Positions 41,459-50,215 of a stretch of DNA of 64,000 nucleotides are shown one piece after another (position 1 is the first letter of the stretch; each line of letters opens with the position of its first letter). The notes beneath the pieces are model-generated. The model was not told the origin of the DNA, made no database searches, and saw nothing but the letters and a program-made list of their open reading frames with translations. The DNA lies in assembly GCA_039588295.1 (NCBI GenBank), contig JBDHAB010000003.1, positions 32,001 through 96,000 of the forward strand. Direction: 5' to 3'. The DNA is from Gemmatimonadota bacterium. GTDB taxonomy: Bacteria; Gemmatimonadota; Gemmatimonadetes; Gemmatimonadales; GWC2-71-9. A program made the position numbers and the translations under genes.

Positions 41459-42294
41459 TGCCGTCCCTCGAGCAGACGGACGAGAAAGCTCAGGAAATGC
41501 CGGACTTCGTCGGTATCCCGCAGCAGGAACTTTGCGTGTGTGCGCACCTCCGCCACGTTGCACACGAGAAACGAGAGCCCGTTCGGCTCGAGGGCCACAA
41601 AGGCATCTTCGTCGGTGAGGTCATCTCCGATGAACATGGGCAGCACCGCGGCATGGTGCAGTCCCAGCGTGCGCAGTAGCCAGCGCACGGCGGTGCCCTT
41701 GTCCCATTCGATGTCCGGTCGAAGTTCGACAACCTTCTTACCGCGCGTGATGCGGAGCCCTGGGTGTTGGCCGGCCACGTGTTGTACGCCTGCCCGAACT
41801 GCGTCGAGGTCTCGGTCAGCAACGAGCCGAAAATGAGTGGCGACCGCAAAGCCCTTGCGCTCGATCAGCACTCCCTCGATGGCGCCGATCCGCGCATCGA
41901 GTTCCTCCGCTGCGCGCGCAAGGAGCGGCAGGTATTGCGGTCCCGACGCGTGCTGCATCGCGAGACCGTCCGGTCCGCGAATGTCAAAGCCGTGGCTCCC
42001 AGCGTACACCAACGTGTCTAACGACACCAGCTTCTGCACATCCACCAGGTCTCTTCCGCTCACGATGGCAACCACACTCAACTGCGCAAGACGCCGAAGT
42101 GTCTCGCGGCTCTTCTCCGACAGCTGGGCCAGGTCCGGACGCGAGACGATGGGGGTAAGGGTGCCATCGTAATCCACAAACACGGCAGGCTGCTTCCCCT
42201 GGAGCTGCCGTTCAATCTCGGACAGGTGCTCGAGCGCGAGCGGTGGAGCGCTGCGGTGGTCAGTTGTCCTGCTGGAAACCGATCGAGCGTTCAC
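41455..42294 (-). CDS. otsB: Trehalose-6-phosphate phosphatase (HAD)
   Basis: FVDYDGTLTPIV, IVSGR, AGSHG, KKVVELRP, WDKG, IGDDLTDEDAF; start approximate. Confidence 0.9.
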   Translation of the reverse strand: MNARSVSSRTTDHRSAPPLALEHLSEIERQLQGKQPAVFVDYDGTLTPIVSRPDLAQLSEKSRETLRRLAQLSVVAIVSGRDLVDVQKLVSLDTLVYAGSHGFDIRGPDGLAMQHASGPQYLPLLARAAEELDARIGAIEGVLIERKGFAVATHFRLVADRDLDAVRAGVQHVAGQHPGLRITRGKKVVELRPDIEWDKGTAVRWLLRTLGLHHAAVLPMFIGDDLTDEDAFVALEPNGLSFLVCNVAEVRTHAKFLLRDTDEVRHFLSFLVRLLEGRQ

Positions 42295-42451
42295 GTAGTA
42301 CCCCACAGAGATCCCTGTCGGTTGGACATTACCGCGTTGTTGTGCAAGGTCTGCGCTGCTTCGAGCTCCGTCAAGTCGCTCACCTCGTCGCTCGGTATGC
42401 CACATCGAGCTGGAAGAGAGCGTCGCCCGCCCGATGGTATATTTAAGGGTG

Positions 42452-42538
42452 ATGCAGCCCATCCGCGACGCTCTCTTTGTGGACCGCTTGACCGCTTTCG
42501 TCGCCGGCTTGCCGCGCAAGCTGGCCCCTCGTTCCTGA
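42452..42538 (+). CDS. Candidate leaderless 28-aa ORF upstream of the HDAC gene
   Basis: ATG 8 nt after TGnTATATT; MQPIRDALFVDRLTAFVAGLPRKLAPRS*; its stop overlaps the GAGG RBS of the next gene. Confidence 0.3.
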   Translation: MQPIRDALFVDRLTAFVAGLPRKLAPRS

Positions 42539-42545
42539 GGAACGG

Positions 42546-44354
42546 GTGCCAGCTGGGATTCTCGGTATACCACAGCGGCTCGGGCGCTGGATACGATTTG
42601 CGCTTCGACCTCCTGCCGTTTCGCTGGTCCATCACCCGGACTACATCAAGGGAGCGGTTCCCGGCCTCATGGACCCGTCCAGGCCGGACAAGGTCATGGC
42701 GTTCCTGATGGATGAGGGGCTGGCGCGCCGTCACGACGTGAGTCGACCGCTGGCTGCGTCTCTGGAGAACATCCTGCGCGTTCACAGCACGGCCTACGTC
42801 GAGTCGTTGGCGGATCCCACGGTGGTGGGTGACATCATGGGTCTGGAACTGGGTTTGCGCGACGCACAAGCCGTCCTGGATGTGGCCCGCCTGATGGTGG
42901 GGGGAACGATCCAAGCGACCCGGCTGGCGCTGCGGACCGGCAAGACAGCGGTGCACCTTGGCGGTGGCTTGCACCACGCGATGCCCGACGAGGGGATGGG
43001 CTTCTGTGTCTTCAACGACGTCGCCGTGGCCATCGCGCGGTTGCGGGCTCGGGGGTTTGCCGAGCCGGTCTTGGTCGTCGATCTCGACATCCACGACGGA
43101 AACGGAACCCGGGCCGCCTTCGCGCATGACCCCACCGTGTACACCTTCTCGATCCACAACACGCCGTGGGACGAGGCCGAGGCGGTGGCCTCGACGAGCC
43201 TTGCGCTGGGCTCGGACGTGACGGACGGAGTCTTCCTCGACGCGCTCACGGAGACCCTCCCCCCCGTAGTGGCACAGCACCGGCCGGGACTGGTGGTGTA
43301 CGTGGCAGGCGTCGACGGTGCCGCCAGTGACGCACTCGGCGACTGGAAGTTGAGCACCGACGGGCTTCTGGCCCGGGATCGATTCGTGGTCTAGACGGTC
43401 AGGAAAGACGACGCATCCGTACCGATCGTGGCGGTGCTCGCCGGAGGGTACGGTCAATCGGCGTGGCGCTACACCGCCCGGTTCGTCGCGTGGCTCATAA
43501 CAGGGCAGGCGGTCGAGCCACCGGACGCGGCGGAGATCATCGTGAGACGGTTCCGCGAGCTGTCGCGGCAATGGCAGATCGAGGAGACGATGGAGCGGGA
43601 TGAGTCCGACTGGGGACTCACGGCCGACGATCTTCTCGGGCTCGTGACGCGGGAGGACACCCGGTTTCTGGGTCGGTTCTCGCGTCATGCCGTCGAGCTC
43701 CAACTCGAGCAGCTTGGTGTTCTCGACAACATGCGCAGGCGTGGATTTGACGAACTGCGGCTTTCCCTCGACGCGCCCAAAGGTCTTGGGCAGGTGCTCC
43801 GCATCCATGGTGCGCCCGACGAGCGCGGCCTCCTCATGGAGCTCAAGGCGAGCCGGAGTCGCAGTATCGTTCCCGGGTTCGAGGTCATTGAGATTGAATG
43901 GCTTCTCTTGCAGAACCCGCGGGCGTCGTTTTCCGATCGACGGCCGCAGCTCCCCGGTCAATCGCATCCCGGACTCGGCATGCTGCGAGACATGGCGGCC
44001 TGGCTGATCGTGGTGAGTGAGAAGATGCGCCTCGACGGAATCGCGTTTGTGCCGTCGCAGTTTTACATGGCGGCGGTGGGTCGGCGGCATCTCAAGTTTG
44101 TCTCGCCTGAGGCGCAGGGTCGGTATGAGGCGATTCGGGAGGTTCTCAAAGACCTGAGCTTGGGGAGCGCCAATCGAGCGTTGATCGAAGGAGTGGTGGT
44201 GGACGGGGAGTCGGGGCGTCCGGTGTCGTGGGAGCCCGTGCCGATGGTGCTTCCCGTGAGCTCCCGCCTCCGTGCCGAGATTTCGTCAACGCGCTACCGA
44301 GAACGTGCGGCGAGTACTCGTGCCTCGTTGCAGTTTCGACGTCGGGAGACCTAG
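42546..44354 (+). pseudogene. Histone-deacetylase-family protein with C-terminal extra domain, interrupted by an in-frame TAG at 43392-43394 (nonsense allele, read error or readthrough)
   Basis: ORFs 42546..43394 and 43428..44354 share a frame. GGGLHHA, GFCVFND, DLDIHDGNG and GVD...DALG precede the stop; the AGGY motif follows it. Confidence 0.75.
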
Positions 44355-47300
44355 CCGAGCGATTGCGAGACGAGTCGCAGCTGTTCGGCGTGATGCGCGG
44401 CGGGATAGCCCTCGGCGGGCGCCGAATGTTCGGGCCGCGAGAGATAGCGCACCTCCGGAATTCCGGCAGCCGCAACGGCTTGAATTGCCGGCACTACCCA
44501 TTTCCGGGCGCCCATGTTCATCGGTTCTTCCTGCAGCCACACCACTTCTCGGACGTTGGGATACGACTCGATCAGCTCCGCGACCTGCGCCTCGGGGAAT
44601 GGATAGAACAGCTCGAGCCGACCCACTGCCACGTGCCTTGCATTGCCCCGCAGCGGCGAGTTGATGAGATCGTAGTACACCTTGCCGGAGCACAGCACGA
44701 GTCGTGACACCTCCTGCCGGTTTCCTGCCGGTGCCGGGTCGTCGAGGACGGGGCGGAACCGACCTTCACAGAGATGGCGGATCGACGATGTCGCCTGTGG
44801 TAATCGCAGCAGGCTCTTGGGGGTCATGACGATGAGCGGGCGCATCTCGTCGTGCTTCGCCTGTCGTCGAAGGAGATGGAAGTACTGCGCCGGCGTGGAG
44901 CAGTTGGCAACCCTGATGTTTCCCTCGGCTCCCAGTGCGAGGTATCGCTCCAACCGGGCACTCGAGTGCTCGGGTCCTTGACCCTCGTAGCCGTGTGGCA
45001 GCAAGAGGGTGAGCCGCGTCGTCTGTCCCCATTTCGCCAGTCCGGCGATGATGAACTGGTCGATGATCACCTCGGCACCGTTTGCGAAGTCGCCGAACTG
45101 GGCCTCCCACATCACCAGACTGTCTGCTGCCGCCACGCTGTATCCGTACTCGAACCCCATTGCGGCGTATTCTGACAGCGGCGAGTTGTGCAGTTCGAGT
45201 GGCGCGCTTGCCTGGGTCAGATGCTTGATCGGGGTGTACGGCGTACCAATCTCCGCGTCGAACAACGTGAGATGACGTTGGCTGAACGTGCCCCGCACGG
45301 TGTCCTGTCCGACGAGCCGGAGAGGCACTCTCTCCACCAGTAGTGACGCGAGCGCAAGAGCTTCGGCATGAGCCCAGTCGACGGGAGCATCGTTCGCGAA
45401 CGCTCCGCGCTGCCGATCGCGCACCTTCTGCAGTTTCCGGTTGACTCGGAAGTTGTCTGGCGCGGAGTAGAGTTGCTCGTTGAGCGCGCCGAGCAGCGTG
45501 AGATCCACCGCCGTCCGTGGCTCGTCGATCGGAATCGACAATCCCGAGATCCGAACCGGTTCTTCTCCCTCCGCTTCCGCCTGTTGGAGGTCGGCACGGA
45601 GTCGCGTCTGCGTCTCCGTGAACTCATGGTAAACCCGCTCGACGTCGGCTTCGGCCACCTCGGCCGTGACGACGTTCTGCTCGACTAGGGTGCGAGCGTA
45701 GATCTCGCGGACGGTCGGGTGGCTGTCGATGTTGAGATACATCACGGGCTGGGTATATCGCGGCTCGTCGCCCTCGTTGTGACCATGTCGGCGATAGCCC
45801 ACCAAGTTGATCACGACGTCGCCCCGGAACTTCTTGCGATACATGAGCGCGAGGTGAACGGCTGTGAGACAGGCCTCCGGGTCATCGGCGTTCACGTGCG
45901 CGATCGGAACGTCGAAGCCCTTGGCGAGGTCGCTGGCGAAATCGGTCGAACTAGCCTCGCGTTGTGGTGTCGTGAATCCGATCTGGTTGTTCGTGATGAT
46001 GTGTAAGGTGCCGCCTGTCGAGTAACCCTCGAGCCGCGCCAGGTTGATCGTCTCTGCGACCACCCCCTGAGCCGGAAACGCCGCGTCTCCGTGGATCAGG
46101 ATTGGCAGCACCTTGGTGGGATCGTGCCGGATCTCGGTCGTGGATCGGTCGGTCTGGCGAGCCCGTGCATAGCCCTCGACGACGGGATTGACCGCCTCCA
46201 AATGGCTGGGGTTCGGCATGAGGGTTACGGCAACCTGCTCGCCACGCCAAGTGCGGAAGGTCCCGGAGGCACCGTGGTGGTACTTTACGTCCCCTGTCCC
46301 GCCGATCGGTGTCAGGGTTTCCTCGACCTCGCGGCCTCCTTCGAATTCGGCAAGCAGCGTCTCCAACGGCAATCCGAGTATGTGCGTCAACACGTTGAGC
46401 CGACCGCGATGCGCCATGCCGATCACGGCCTCCCCCGCGCCCTGATCGACCGCCAGGTCCAACGCGCGATGCAGCATCGGGACGAGCATGTCCAGTCCTT
46501 CGATGCCGAAGCGCTTGTGGCCGAGGTAGTTGCGATGGAGAAACCGCTCGAGCACGTCGACGCTGGTGAGTTCGTTCAGCAACTGAAGCTTCTCTTCGTC
46601 GGAGAGCGGGTAGCGGTGCTCGCCGGACTCGATGACGCGCCGCAGCCAGACACGCTCTTCATGACTCGCGATGTGCTCGATCTCGTAGGCAATGGTGCCG
46701 CAATAGGTGTCACGCAGTCTCGGGAGGGCGTCTTCCAGGGTCTCCCCACCCACGTAGGTCTGGAGTACATCCGCCGGGACGTCGCGCATGATCTCGGGCG
46801 TGAGGCCCAGGTTGTCCGGTTCGAGCGCGGGATCGCCTCTGGGAGGCGTACCGAGTGGATCGAGCTGGGCAGCGAGATATCCGTGCGTGCGGTGGTTCTT
46901 GACCAATGACATCGCCGCGGCGACGTGATACAACATGTCGCGGCCGACCCCGACGCTCGGAGCTGGTTCGGGGCCGACGACCCGCGCCGCCACTGCAGAT
47001 TCGACCGAGAGCCACTCCACCCCCATGGCATCGGCGACGATTCGATAGAAATCCTGCTCCCCCTGCAGGAGCTGATCGACGGCTTGCAGAAAGAGCCCTG
47101 ACTCGGCGCCCTGAATAATCCGGTGATCGTAGGTGCTGGTCACAGTCATCGCCTTCACACCGGCGATGTCCCGAATCGCGCCGGTCGCGATGATAGATCC
47201 CTGTCCCTTCATGAGTCGAGGGACCGAAGTGACCGTACCGATCGTACCCGGATTGGTGAGCGTGATCGTTGCGCCAACGTATTCGTCGGGAAGGAGCTTG

Positions 47301-47959
47301 CCACCGCGTGCGCCCGCGACGAGGCGCTCGTACTCGTCGTGGAACTCCGAGAAGCTCCTCGTTTCCGCATGCTTGATCACGGGAACCATGAGCTTCCGCT
47401 CACCGCGCTTGCCCACCGTGTCAACGGCGAGGCCAAGGTTGACCGCGCCCGGATCGATCCGGAACGCCGCGTCACCCTCTCGAGCAACCGCGTGGACCAT
47501 GGACGGGTAATCACGAACGGCGTGAACGATTGCCCAGCCGATGAAGTGCGTGTATGAGAGCTTGATGTTGCGTTGCCGGAGCTGCCGGTTGCATGCTGCG
47601 CGGATCGACCAGAGTCGTGACACATCGACTTCGCGGAAGGACGTCGCGGTCGGGATGGTGAGCGACTCCTCCATGTTCTGGAGCTGCCGGAGCGCCGGGC
47701 CGGAGATCAGGTCTCCCGGTGGAGGCGGCGGTGCCGCTGCGGGTGGTGCGGCCGGGACCTGTGCACTCAGCGGCGGGCTGAGGGTGGCCTCCCTCATCGA
47801 TCCTTCGCGCCGCTGACCCGGCAGCGGCTCCTCGCCCTTGAGGCCGTTATCGAACAGCTCCCGCCATTGCTCTGGCACCGAGGAGGGATCCCGCAGGTAA
47901 TCCTCGTAGAGGGCCTGTGCGAAGCCCGAGTTGACGGTTTCGAAGATGTTGTCAAACAC
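44351..47959 (-). CDS. sucA: Multifunctional 2-oxoglutarate dehydrogenase E1 with fused E2-like domain (Kgd/OdhA-type)
   Basis: TYDHRIIQG acyltransferase motif, GMAHRGRLN, HGDAAF TPP motif, WEAQFGDF, HGYEGQGPEHSS. Confidence 0.93.
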   Translation of the reverse strand: MFDNIFETVNSGFAQALYEDYLRDPSSVPEQWRELFDNGLKGEEPLPGQRREGSMREATLSPPLSAQVPAAPPAAAPPPPPGDLISGPALRQLQNMEESLTIPTATSFREVDVSRLWSIRAACNRQLRQRNIKLSYTHFIGWAIVHAVRDYPSMVHAVAREGDAAFRIDPGAVNLGLAVDTVGKRGERKLMVPVIKHAETRSFSEFHDEYERLVAGARGGKLLPDEYVGATITLTNPGTIGTVTSVPRLMKGQGSIIATGAIRDIAGVKAMTVTSTYDHRIIQGAESGLFLQAVDQLLQGEQDFYRIVADAMGVEWLSVESAVAARVVGPEPAPSVGVGRDMLYHVAAAMSLVKNHRTHGYLAAQLDPLGTPPRGDPALEPDNLGLTPEIMRDVPADVLQTYVGGETLEDALPRLRDTYCGTIAYEIEHIASHEERVWLRRVIESGEHRYPLSDEEKLQLLNELTSVDVLERFLHRNYLGHKRFGIEGLDMLVPMLHRALDLAVDQGAGEAVIGMAHRGRLNVLTHILGLPLETLLAEFEGGREVEETLTPIGGTGDVKYHHGASGTFRTWRGEQVAVTLMPNPSHLEAVNPVVEGYARARQTDRSTTEIRHDPTKVLPILIHGDAAFPAQGVVAETINLARLEGYSTGGTLHIITNNQIGFTTPQREASSTDFASDLAKGFDVPIAHVNADDPEACLTAVHLALMYRKKFRGDVVINLVGYRRHGHNEGDEPRYTQPVMYLNIDSHPTVREIYARTLVEQNVVTAEVAEADVERVYHEFTETQTRLRADLQQAEAEGEEPVRISGLSIPIDEPRTAVDLTLLGALNEQLYSAPDNFRVNRKLQKVRDRQRGAFANDAPVDWAHAEALALASLLVERVPLRLVGQDTVRGTFSQRHLTLFDAEIGTPYTPIKHLTQASAPLELHNSPLSEYAAMGFEYGYSVAAADSLVMWEAQFGDFANGAEVIIDQFIIAGLAKWGQTTRLTLLLPHGYEGQGPEHSSARLERYLALGAEGNIRVANCSTPAQYFHLLRRQAKHDEMRPLIVMTPKSLLRLPQATSSIRHLCEGRFRPVLDDPAPAGNRQEVSRLVLCSGKVYYDLINSPLRGNARHVAVGRLELFYPFPEAQVAELIESYPNVREVVWLQEEPMNMGARKWVVPAIQAVAAAGIPEVRYLSRPEHSAPAEGYPAAHHAEQLRLVSQSLG

Positions 47960-48068
47960 GAGTCGGCTGGCTGCCTTTCAGTCCCAACGTCTTGCGAACA
48001 CGCAAGATAGGAAGATCGGTTCCGCAAGTCGAGTTGACGCGTGCCTTAGCGGTAACCAGAGTCGAGGC

Positions 48069-48740
48069 ATGGAGATTCCCCGGATTCCCCATTCTTGGGC
48101 GGTGACGGCCAAGCAGGCGATCGCCATTCAGCGCCGTCTAGCTTCGTCGGTGCGACCGACACGCCCCCGCCGACGGCTGCGTCTGATCGCAGGGGTCGAC
48201 GCCGCCTTCTCCCGCGACGGCAAGCATTGCATTGCCGCTGCCGTGGTATGGGATCTCGAGGACCGGCGGGTCGTCGAGCAGCGGACAGCGCGACGACGGC
48301 TTCGGTTTCCCTATGTCCCGGGTCTTCTTTCGTTCCGCGAGGCGCCGGCAGTGATCGCGGCGCTGCGATCAGTCGAGTGCGAGCCGGACGTGATCATGTG
48401 CGATGCGCACGGCCTCGCTCACCCGCGACGGTTTGGGCTTGCGTGCCATGTCGGGGTCATCTGCGGCATTCCCACGATCGGATGTGCAAAGAGCCGCCTC
48501 ACGGGTACGCATCGCCCGCCCGCCGTCAGACGCGGCTCACGCGTGCAGCTGGTTGATGGGATCGAGGTGGTTGGCAGTGTGGTCCGGACGCGGGAAGGCA
48601 TCCGACCGGTCTACGTGAGCGTCGGGCATCTGATCGATCTGCGCACGGCGGAGCAGCTCGTGCTGGAGTCGGCAGTGCGCTTTCGGCTTCCGGAGCCGAC
48701 GCGGTTGGCGGACAAGTTGGTCGGACAAACGGTCGGGTAG
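48069..48740 (+). CDS. nfi: Endonuclease V
   Basis: IAGVD, FPYVPGLLSFRE, DAHGLAHPRRFGLACH, GCAKS, RLPEPTRLAD. Confidence 0.95.
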   Translation: MEIPRIPHSWAVTAKQAIAIQRRLASSVRPTRPRRRLRLIAGVDAAFSRDGKHCIAAAVVWDLEDRRVVEQRTARRRLRFPYVPGLLSFREAPAVIAALRSVECEPDVIMCDAHGLAHPRRFGLACHVGVICGIPTIGCAKSRLTGTHRPPAVRRGSRVQLVDGIEVVGSVVRTREGIRPVYVSVGHLIDLRTAEQLVLESAVRFRLPEPTRLADKLVGQTVG

Positions 48741-48810
48741 GCGGATGGACAGAGGGATGGGCGGCCAGCGTGACCGTGTCCAGCCTAGCGAGTCGGCGAT
48801 CCGTCAACCG
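48719..48810. repeat. 4/8-nt periodic palindromic repeat, copy A
   Basis: GGTC GGAC AAAC GGTC GGGT AGGC GGAT GGAC AGAG GGAT GGGC, with a short inverted arm ATCC GTCA ACC. Confidence 0.5.
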
Positions 48811-48818
48811 ACATGTGT

Positions 48819-50162
48819 CTACCCCACCCTCCGTGTCTTCCGCCGCATGAAGTCCATCAGAATGTACTGGCCCAGGGTCATGGTGTTTGTGAAGTACGCC
48901 TTTCCGCGAGAGATCTCGCACACCTTCTTCACGAACTCGACCAACATCCGCTCGCGCGCGAGCATAAAGGTATTGATCATGATGCCAGCCCGTTTGCAGG
49001 CGGACACCTCGCGGAATGTTTCCTTGAGGATCTTGGGGTCGAGCCCCATCGAGTTCACGTAGACCTGTCCGTCGGGAAGGGTCAGAGCCGACGGCTTTCC
49101 GTCGGTGATCATGATGATCTGCCGCATGTCTTTCTTTTGAGCGAGCAGAATGCGGCGGGAGAGCTTGAGACCTTCGGCCGTGTTCGTGTGAAATGGGCCG
49201 ACCTGGGCGTGAGCCAACCTGGCGAGCGGGATCTCTTCCGCAGTGTCGTGAAACAGCACGACGCGAATCGAGTCACCAGGGAACTGTGTCCGGATCAGGT
49301 GGGTGAGCGCGAGCGCGACTCGTTTGGCCGGCGTGAACCGGTCTTCGCCGTACAGGATCATGGAGTGGGAGCAGTCGAGCATCAGTACGGTCGCGGCGCT
49401 CGAGCGATACTCCGACTGGTGGACCATGAGATCGGGATAGTCGAGGTCGAGGAAGGGTGAATCGTCGGACGGTCGGTTGGGCAGTTGGCCGTCTGTCTCT
49501 GCACGTCTGCTCAGCCGTCCAACCGCCTTCTTCAGCGTCTCAGGCACATCCAGATTCATCGTATCGCCGAACTCATACGGCTTCGAGGCCGCTTCCGCTT
49601 CGACACCCGTCGCAAGGTGGGCAGTCTCATGCGCTCCGAAGCTCGATTTCCCTACGCTCCCCAAGAGCTGCTTCAACGCCCGGTAGCCCAGGAAGTCCAG
49701 ACCCTTCTCCGTCAAATTGAACTGAACGTGCTGCGCAGCCGATTGTGCTTGCCCGCCCGGGCCGAACACCTGCTGGTGACCCTCGGGCATCTGTGGCGAC
49801 TCACTGACGTTCAGATAGCCTTGCTCGATGAGCCGCTGCACGATCTGGTCGAGTAGATCGGCCAACGCCTGCTGGATCTCGGTATCGCGCTGCGCGTCGC
49901 CGGTCGAGTCCCCTCTGAGGACCTGTAGCATCTCCGGGGTGAGCTTGCCGGATTCCATGAGCGCCTGGAGAATCGCCTGCCTCAGCGCGTCCAGCGACCG
50001 GTCCGCCTCGTCGTCGCCAAACGACCCCCAATACGAGTGGTGCATCGGTACGCCGGCGAATCCCGACTGGAGCAGGAAATCGCCGAGCTCGTCCAGCAGG
50101 TCCTCGAGGTTAATGGCGTCGAGGAGTTGCGGCAGATACTTGGAGTAGGTCGTGTAGCGCAT
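48819..50162 (-). CDS. VWA-domain protein (chelatase-ATPase partner)
   Basis: MIDAS DCSHS, TNTAEGL, ITDGKPS; PYEFGD motif. Confidence 0.88.
   Translation of the reverse strand: MRYTTYSKYLPQLLDAINLEDLLDELGDFLLQSGFAGVPMHHSYWGSFGDDEADRSLDALRQAILQALMESGKLTPEMLQVLRGDSTGDAQRDTEIQQALADLLDQIVQRLIEQGYLNVSESPQMPEGHQQVFGPGGQAQSAAQHVQFNLTEKGLDFLGYRALKQLLGSVGKSSFGAHETAHLATGVEAEAASKPYEFGDTMNLDVPETLKKAVGRLSRRAETDGQLPNRPSDDSPFLDLDYPDLMVHQSEYRSSAATVLMLDCSHSMILYGEDRFTPAKRVALALTHLIRTQFPGDSIRVVLFHDTAEEIPLARLAHAQVGPFHTNTAEGLKLSRRILLAQKKDMRQIIMITDGKPSALTLPDGQVYVNSMGLDPKILKETFREVSACKRAGIMINTFMLARERMLVEFVKKVCEISRGKAYFTNTMTLGQYILMDFMRRKTRRVG
49467..49528. repeat. 4/8-nt periodic palindromic repeat, copy B (inside the VWA CDS)
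   Basis: GGAC GGTC GGTT GGGC AGTT GG ... GTCT GTCT ... AGCC GTCC AACC GCCT; the arms can pair. Confidence 0.6.
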
Positions 50163-50215
50163 CAGTCAGAGTCTTCCCCTCAGTGGTAAACTGGAATGGG
50201 AGGAAAGTTCTTGCA

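Noticed and set aside
42447..42545. Fluoride (crcB) riboswitch, suggested by GGGTGATGCAGCCCATCC
   Set aside because: The required downstream UGAUG plus pseudoknot complement (GCUGC) is absent.
43392..43394. Genome-wide TAG reassignment
   Set aside because: Many genes here end properly at TAG (cls, asnB, OPT, treT, sucA, nfi, MFS), so TAG is a normal stop.
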